NCBI GenBank assembly: GCA_018819225.1
Contig: JAHJQN010000007.1
Coordinates: forward strand, 96,001-160,000
Direction of reading: 5' to 3'
DNA: 64,000 nt
Source: Candidatus Micrarchaeota archaeon
GTDB taxonomy: Archaea; Micrarchaeota; Micrarchaeia; Norongarragalinales; SBBD01
Part shown: piece after piece, positions 58,989 to 64,000 of the stretch
Position numbering within the stretch: the first letter of the stretch is position 1
How the letters are laid out: every line of letters begins with the position of its first letter
The notes under the pieces: generated by a model
The model's input: only the letters and a program-made list of their open reading frames with translations
The model's database searches: none
Told to the model about the DNA's origin: nothing
Translations under genes and position numbers: made by a program

Positions 58989-60038
58989 ATGAAGAAAGTC
59001 GTGAGCAGTGCGCCCTCCAAACTCATACTCGTCGGCGAACATGCCGTCGTGTACGGAGCCCGAGCACTCGCGTGCCCGTTGAACAACCGAAAGGAGTGTA
59101 CCGCGACGATCGAGACCGTGGAACCCGGCGAGGGTCAACTGATTGTGGAAGACGTGATCGGGTGCGGCCGCGTCACCGTTGACGGCGTCGTATTCGAGGA
59201 AGACCCGTATTTCATGCCGAAAGCCAAACTCATACTTCATTTCCTCAAAAAGAACAAGAATCGGCTGAACGACAAGGAAGCGTTCTTCAAGTTTTCCAGC
59301 AAACGCATTCTGAAAGGTACGGGAGGGTCTGCCGCATCCGCCGCCGCACTCTCTCTCGCTCTTCACGCCTTGTTGGATATCCAACCCTCTTTGGAAGAAC
59401 TCTTTCGTTCGGTTCAGGTTGCGGAAGAAATCGCGCACGGCGGCAAGGCAAGCGGTATTGATGCGCATACGGTTCTGTCCGATCGGCCTCAAGCCTTCTT
59501 CAAGCAGTTCAAAGGTTCGACGAGTTCGATTCGTTTCGAGGACGCGGACCTTCATCTTCCGGAAGGCACGCAACTCGTCATCATTAATACGCTTGAAGAA
59601 GGCGAGGAACCGGAGTCCACGGGTGAACTAGTGAAACGTTTCGCCGCTCACTTTCACGTGGACGGTTCTCCGAACGATCTTTCCGATGACACCCGCCAAA
59701 CCATCATTGCGCCGTTCGATCGCGTCACCGAAGCGATTCAAAAAGAGCTTCGACGTGACGGAGAGGCAAAAGCCCTTGGAAGACTCTTGGATGAAAATCA
59801 CGAGTTATTGAGGTCTACCGGCGTATCCGGCGACCGCATCGAGGAAGCCATTGCGCTTTGTAAGAAAAACAAGGCGCTGGGAGCTAAGTTAACGGGAGCG
59901 GGTGGTCGAGGGGGAGCGTGTTTTGCATTGGTGCGAAACCAGGATACCGAAACGCTCGTTCACGCCCTCGAGGAGAAACGGTTCGAGGTCAGCCCTGCGG
60001 AATTTTCGTCCAAAGGGCCTACGGTGGAACGCCGTTAA
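58989..60038 (+). CDS. mvk: Mevalonate kinase
   Basis: APSKLILVGEHAVVYG, GTGGSAA, HGGKASGID, AKLTGAGGRGG. Confidence 0.92.
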   Translation: MKKVVSSAPSKLILVGEHAVVYGARALACPLNNRKECTATIETVEPGEGQLIVEDVIGCGRVTVDGVVFEEDPYFMPKAKLILHFLKKNKNRLNDKEAFFKFSSKRILKGTGGSAASAAALSLALHALLDIQPSLEELFRSVQVAEEIAHGGKASGIDAHTVLSDRPQAFFKQFKGSTSSIRFEDADLHLPEGTQLVIINTLEEGEEPESTGELVKRFAAHFHVDGSPNDLSDDTRQTIIAPFDRVTEAIQKELRRDGEAKALGRLLDENHELLRSTGVSGDRIEEAIALCKKNKALGAKLTGAGGRGGACFALVRNQDTETLVHALEEKRFEVSPAEFSSKGPTVERR

Positions 60039-60043
60039 TGCCC

Positions 60044-61084
60044 TCATTTCGGGTACAACACGATTTTACCGCAATTCCCGCTCGTCATGAGCGCGAACGC
60101 TTTCCCGTATTCCTCGAGCTTGAATTCATGCGTCACGAGTTGGTTGAGATCGACTTTCCCGCTCCGCAGGAACGCTTTGACTTTATGCCACGTTTCGAAA
60201 AGCCTCCTTCCGGTGATTCCTCTCACGGTGGCCTGCTTAAACACGACGGCATTTGTGACGTCTAATGAAACGGATTTCCCGAATACGCCAAGAATGGCCG
60301 CATTCCCTCCGGGACGCATGCTCTTGAATCCTTGCTGGAGCGCCTTTTCATTCCCTGACATTTCGAGGAAAACGTCTACTCCGCGCTTGGTCTCCTTGAG
60401 AATCCGTTTAGCCGCATTCTCTGTTGTCGCGTTGATTACATAGTCTGCTCCAAACGATTTCGCCATCTTCAAGCGGTACTCGTTTTGATCCACGGCGAAA
60501 ATATTCGTGGCTCCAGCAACCTTGCAAAGTTGGATGGCGCATAATCCGATGGGTCCGCACCCGAAGATGCTGACCTGGTTTCCTGCAATGGGCTGCGCGA
60601 ACACCGCATGCACGGCGTTACCCAATGGTTCCTGTACGGTTGCCAGCTTGGGCGGAAGCCTTCGATCATTCTGGATGCAGCTGTTTTCCGGTAGTGAAAT
60701 GTATTCTGCATAGCTTCCGTTCCTGTCGATTCCTAGAATCTTCAAGTGTTCGCAGATGTGGGCGTTCGCGATGCGGCATTGGAAACAATTATAGTCCGCG
60801 AGATGCGTTTCGCCGCTCACGTAATCCCCTACGTTCACTTTCGATACGAGTTCGCCGACTTCCACGATGTCCCCGCAGAACTCGTGACCGAATATCCGCG
60901 GCGTTTTCACGCGGCTTTTCGCCCAATCATCCCAATGGTAGATGTGCAGGTCGGTTCCACAAATGCTCGTCGCCTTGATTTTTACGAGGACGTCCCTCGC
61001 GCCGAGTTTCGGAATGTCCGTTTGCGTCCACTCCGCTCCCGGCGCCGGTTTTTTCTTCATGAGCGCTTTCATTTTCCCTTCCAT
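60044..61084 (-). CDS. tdh: L-threonine 3-dehydrogenase
   Basis: SICGTDLHIY.WD.WA, GHEF, EPLGNAVH, GITGR.LFETW; paired with kbl. Confidence 0.92.
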   Translation of the reverse strand: MEGKMKALMKKKPAPGAEWTQTDIPKLGARDVLVKIKATSICGTDLHIYHWDDWAKSRVKTPRIFGHEFCGDIVEVGELVSKVNVGDYVSGETHLADYNCFQCRIANAHICEHLKILGIDRNGSYAEYISLPENSCIQNDRRLPPKLATVQEPLGNAVHAVFAQPIAGNQVSIFGCGPIGLCAIQLCKVAGATNIFAVDQNEYRLKMAKSFGADYVINATTENAAKRILKETKRGVDVFLEMSGNEKALQQGFKSMRPGGNAAILGVFGKSVSLDVTNAVVFKQATVRGITGRRLFETWHKVKAFLRSGKVDLNQLVTHEFKLEEYGKAFALMTSGNCGKIVLYPK

Positions 61085-61233
61085 TTTACATCCCTGCAAT
61101 CCGCGTTTTCGGATGAGGGACTCGGAGTCTACGACTTAAAATATCTTTACCTCTTCGACACGCGTCAAACTTTTTATTGAGGCGATTGTTTTTTAAAACG
61201 CGAATGGCTTCTTGCCATGCATAGTGTTTTTTT

Positions 61234-62415
61234 ATGGCTGATCTGTCGTTTCTCGCGCAAGAAGTCAAGGCCCTTCGAGAAAAGAAGTTGGACTGGCGCC
61301 ATTACACGTTGGAAAGCCCGTCGGTTCCGCACGCGCAAGTCAATGGAAAGAACGTCCTCATGCTCTGCTCGAACAATTATTTGGGGTTCGCGAACCATCC
61401 GAAGCTGAAAGCGGCAGCGAAGCAAGCCATTGACCAATACGGGGCCGGAAACGGAAGCGTTCCCGCTATTGCCGGCACCATGGACCTCATGCTAACCCTC
61501 GAAGAAAAACTGGCGAAATTCAAACGGTCGGAAGCCGCGTTAGTCACTCAAACCGGTTTTGCAGCGAACGCCGGTTTGATTCCGCAACTCGTCGGAAAAG
61601 GCGACCTCATTATTTCAGACGAACTCAACCACGGAAGCATTATTGACGGCGTGAGGTTGAGCCAGGCCGACCGAGCGGTCTTCAAGCACGCCGACGCAAC
61701 GGATTTGGATCGCGTTCTTAAAGAGAAAGCGAAAACCGCTCGCCGCGTTCTGGTTTGCACGGACGGCGTTTTTTCCATGGACGGCGACGTCGCCCCTTTG
61801 AAAGAGATTTATTCCGTTGCCAGCGCCTACGACGCCATCGTTTACGTGGATGACGCGCACGGCGACGGGGTCATGGGCCCCGAAGGCCGCGGCACCATTC
61901 ACCACTACCATCTCGAGAACCAAATCGATGTGGATGTCGGCACGTTCAGTAAAGCGTTTGGCGCTTTTGGCGGCTATGTATCCGGCATTCATGCGCTGAA
62001 AGAATTTACGTTCAATAAAAGTCGAACGTGGCTGTTATCCGCAGGCCATCCGCCTTCGGTATGGGCGTCCGTAATGGCCTCCATTGAATTATTGGAGTCG
62101 GAGCCCCAACACCTCAAAACATTGTGGGATAACACTCATTATTTCAAGAAACGCCTGCGAGAAATGGGTTTCAATACCGGTCGTTCCACGACTCCGATCA
62201 CGCCCGTCATTGTCGGAGAGAGTGCGGTCGCGCATCATTTGAGCCAACGCTTATTTCAGGAAGGCGTGTTTGCTTTACCGATCGTGTTCCCAATGGTGGC
62301 GCGCGATCAAGCGCGTGTCCGCGTCATGATGAATGCCGCGCTTTCAAGATCCGATCTCGATTTTGCATTGAATGCGTTCGAGAATATCGGAAAAGAGCTT
62401 CAAATCGTTTCGTGA
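61234..62415 (+). CDS. kbl: Glycine C-acetyltransferase (2-amino-3-ketobutyrate CoA ligase)
   Basis: CSNNYLG, SDELNHGSIIDG, DGVFSMDGD, DDAHG, GTFSKA; divergent from tdh. Confidence 0.88.
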   Translation: MADLSFLAQEVKALREKKLDWRHYTLESPSVPHAQVNGKNVLMLCSNNYLGFANHPKLKAAAKQAIDQYGAGNGSVPAIAGTMDLMLTLEEKLAKFKRSEAALVTQTGFAANAGLIPQLVGKGDLIISDELNHGSIIDGVRLSQADRAVFKHADATDLDRVLKEKAKTARRVLVCTDGVFSMDGDVAPLKEIYSVASAYDAIVYVDDAHGDGVMGPEGRGTIHHYHLENQIDVDVGTFSKAFGAFGGYVSGIHALKEFTFNKSRTWLLSAGHPPSVWASVMASIELLESEPQHLKTLWDNTHYFKKRLREMGFNTGRSTTPITPVIVGESAVAHHLSQRLFQEGVFALPIVFPMVARDQARVRVMMNAALSRSDLDFALNAFENIGKELQIVS

Positions 62416-62780
62416 ACCGCATGTTAAAAACAAACGTACACGCGCAAATCGTTACAGTGCTATTCGATATCGAGAAGCTACCGATTCCCGGGAAAGCGCG
62501 TGAGCGCCTCCGGCAGTTCCGTTCGGCTTTTCCTGTCCGAGACGCCTTCCGGGCTTCTCGAGGCAATATTGTTCTCGTTAATTGGTTCAAACCCTTGCAT
62601 GAGGACGCGGTCGTCGCTTACCTGGAAGCTGTACGGGGTTGGCCGTTGACCCGCATTCAAGAACAGTTCGCTCGCATGGACGTAGATACCCAAGTCAATC
62701 AGGCGTTGATTCGAAATCAGGAGAAGGTGCTTGGATTTTACGAGCGTTTTTCCGCGCGTCTCCAGCAAACGCTTTCTTAA
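62412..62780 (+). CDS. Hypothetical protein
   Basis: GTGA overlap with kbl; 122 aa. Confidence 0.55.
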   Translation: MNRMLKTNVHAQIVTVLFDIEKLPIPGKARERLRQFRSAFPVRDAFRASRGNIVLVNWFKPLHEDAVVAYLEAVRGWPLTRIQEQFARMDVDTQVNQALIRNQEKVLGFYERFSARLQQTLS

Positions 62781-63999
62781 TTCCCTGTTTCCAAAGAAGT
62801 TCTTTGGCTCGTTCGCCACGAATATTTCCTTCCTTAACCATTTGCTGCGCCACGCGCTCCACATCCTTACCGGTGGCGCCGGCGGCCATGGCCACGTTTC
62901 GTGCGTGCAACGCCATGTGTCCTTTTTGAATGCCTTCCGTACTCAGCGCTCTCATGGCCGCAAAGTTCTGCGCCAATCCGACACACGCCGCAATTTCTCC
63001 GAGTGCTCCCGCTGTTTTCACTTGTAAAATTTTCAAAGAGAGTTGTGCGAGGGGATGCGTTCGCGTGACGCCTCCCACTATTCCGACCGCGATCGGAATT
63101 TCAATCGAGCCTTTCAAATCCCCGGTCCCCGTTTTCTCCCAATGCGTCAACGGGCCATACGGTTTTTGAAACGCCGCATAACTATGCGCTCCGGATTCGA
63201 CGGCTCGAAAATCGTTCCCCGTTGCCATCAGCACCGAATCCACGCCGTTCATGATCCCTTTATTGTGAGTGGTCGCGCGAAACGCGTCATGCACCGCCAA
63301 GTCGTACGCATCCAATACCCCTTCAATGACGGGGCTTCCCACGATTTCCTTTTTCCATGTGGCATGGGCCTTCACCACGCGTTCGGGACACAAGTTGCTG
63401 AGAATGCGCACGCGTTTTTTTCCTCCTGAAATATCTTCAAGCTTCGGCGCCATGGTTTCGCACATCGTGTTGACCGCGTTCGCGCCCATGGCGTCCTTTA
63501 CATCCACTGCAACTTCAACCAGCACCATTTGGCCTCGATTTCCTTGAAGGATGCGCACCGTGATCTCTTTCGCACCCCCGCCAAGTTTCAGGAGCGTGGA
63601 ATCGCGTTGGTTCACCAAATCCAATAACGTCGCCTTTTCCTCCAAAATTTTTTCACGCGTTGTTTCCGGATTCTTTACGCCGACTAACTGGATTTGTCCC
63701 CGCATGAGTGATGGTCCTGCGCGTGCCGTAAATCCTTCTTCGAAACACAGTTTGGCCCCATGCGATGCCGCCGCTATGACGGACGGTTCCTCGGTGACCA
63801 TGGGAACGAGTACTTCCCGTCCATTGATTTTGAAGTTCGCGGCTATTCCGTACGGGAGCGAAAACAGTCCCACGCAGTTTTCAATCATCTTATCTGCCGT
63901 CTCCAGCGTCAGACTCCCTTCTTTTTTCAACAAGGCTATATCGGGTTCGCTGAGCTTCGCTTCCTTTTCAAGTATCTTCCATCGCTCCCCCAGGCTCTT
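62695..63999 (-). CDS. mvaA: HMG-CoA reductase, class II (5' truncated by the window edge)
   Basis: ENCVG, VPMVTEEPSV, DAMGAN, THNKGIMNG, GNDFRA, EGIQKGHM; the frame is open to the window end. Confidence 0.95.
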   Translation of the reverse strand, partial: KSLGERWKILEKEAKLSEPDIALLKKEGSLTLETADKMIENCVGLFSLPYGIAANFKINGREVLVPMVTEEPSVIAAASHGAKLCFEEGFTARAGPSLMRGQIQLVGVKNPETTREKILEEKATLLDLVNQRDSTLLKLGGGAKEITVRILQGNRGQMVLVEVAVDVKDAMGANAVNTMCETMAPKLEDISGGKKRVRILSNLCPERVVKAHATWKKEIVGSPVIEGVLDAYDLAVHDAFRATTHNKGIMNGVDSVLMATGNDFRAVESGAHSYAAFQKPYGPLTHWEKTGTGDLKGSIEIPIAVGIVGGVTRTHPLAQLSLKILQVKTAGALGEIAACVGLAQNFAAMRALSTEGIQKGHMALHARNVAMAAGATGKDVERVAQQMVKEGNIRGERAKELLWKQGIKKAFAGDARKNARKIQAPSPDFESTPD

Positions 64000-64000
64000 C

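Noticed and set aside
272-63547. Many antisense or alternate-frame ORFs in the track (e.g. 16884..17522, 32288..33019, 57379..58194)
   Set aside because: They are shadows of well-supported genes and have no recognisable motifs
1-64000. CRISPR array, rRNA, alternative genetic code
   Set aside because: No regularly spaced repeats or rRNA signatures seen; conserved genes end at all three standard stops

Overview
Chromosomal window from an archaeon. The gene set (archaeal LeuRS, fibrillarin, Trm56, Pelota, PAC2, TrmB, class III signal peptides, BRE/TATA promoters), the compact layout and the many orphans suggest a DPANN lineage such as Micrarchaeota or Iainarchaeota; this placement is inference. 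Main blocks: a glycogen/alpha-glucan cluster (2.4-8.7 kb); a tRNA-Trp(CCA) gene split by two introns around a 7-nt exon, the second intron carrying box C/D guides for its own C34 and C39 (10.5-10.8 kb), flanked by basic orphan/GNAT genes; two paralogous PEP-utiliser-domain genes, one frameshifted and missing the phospho-His loop, with an HTH_10 regulator; secDF, LemA, an ECF transporter, fibrillarin and TrmB; several large surface proteins; a dispersed type IV pilus/Tad-like system with tiny unannotated pilins and a divergent Cys-hairpin repeat operon; and a classical (ERG8-type kinase plus decarboxylase) mevalonate cluster with tdh/kbl embedded in it. Several structured intergenic RNA candidates and small ORFs below the ORF-track cutoff were found by eye. 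No CRISPR array, rRNA, integrase or transposase was seen. All product calls come from motif recognition, not database searches.
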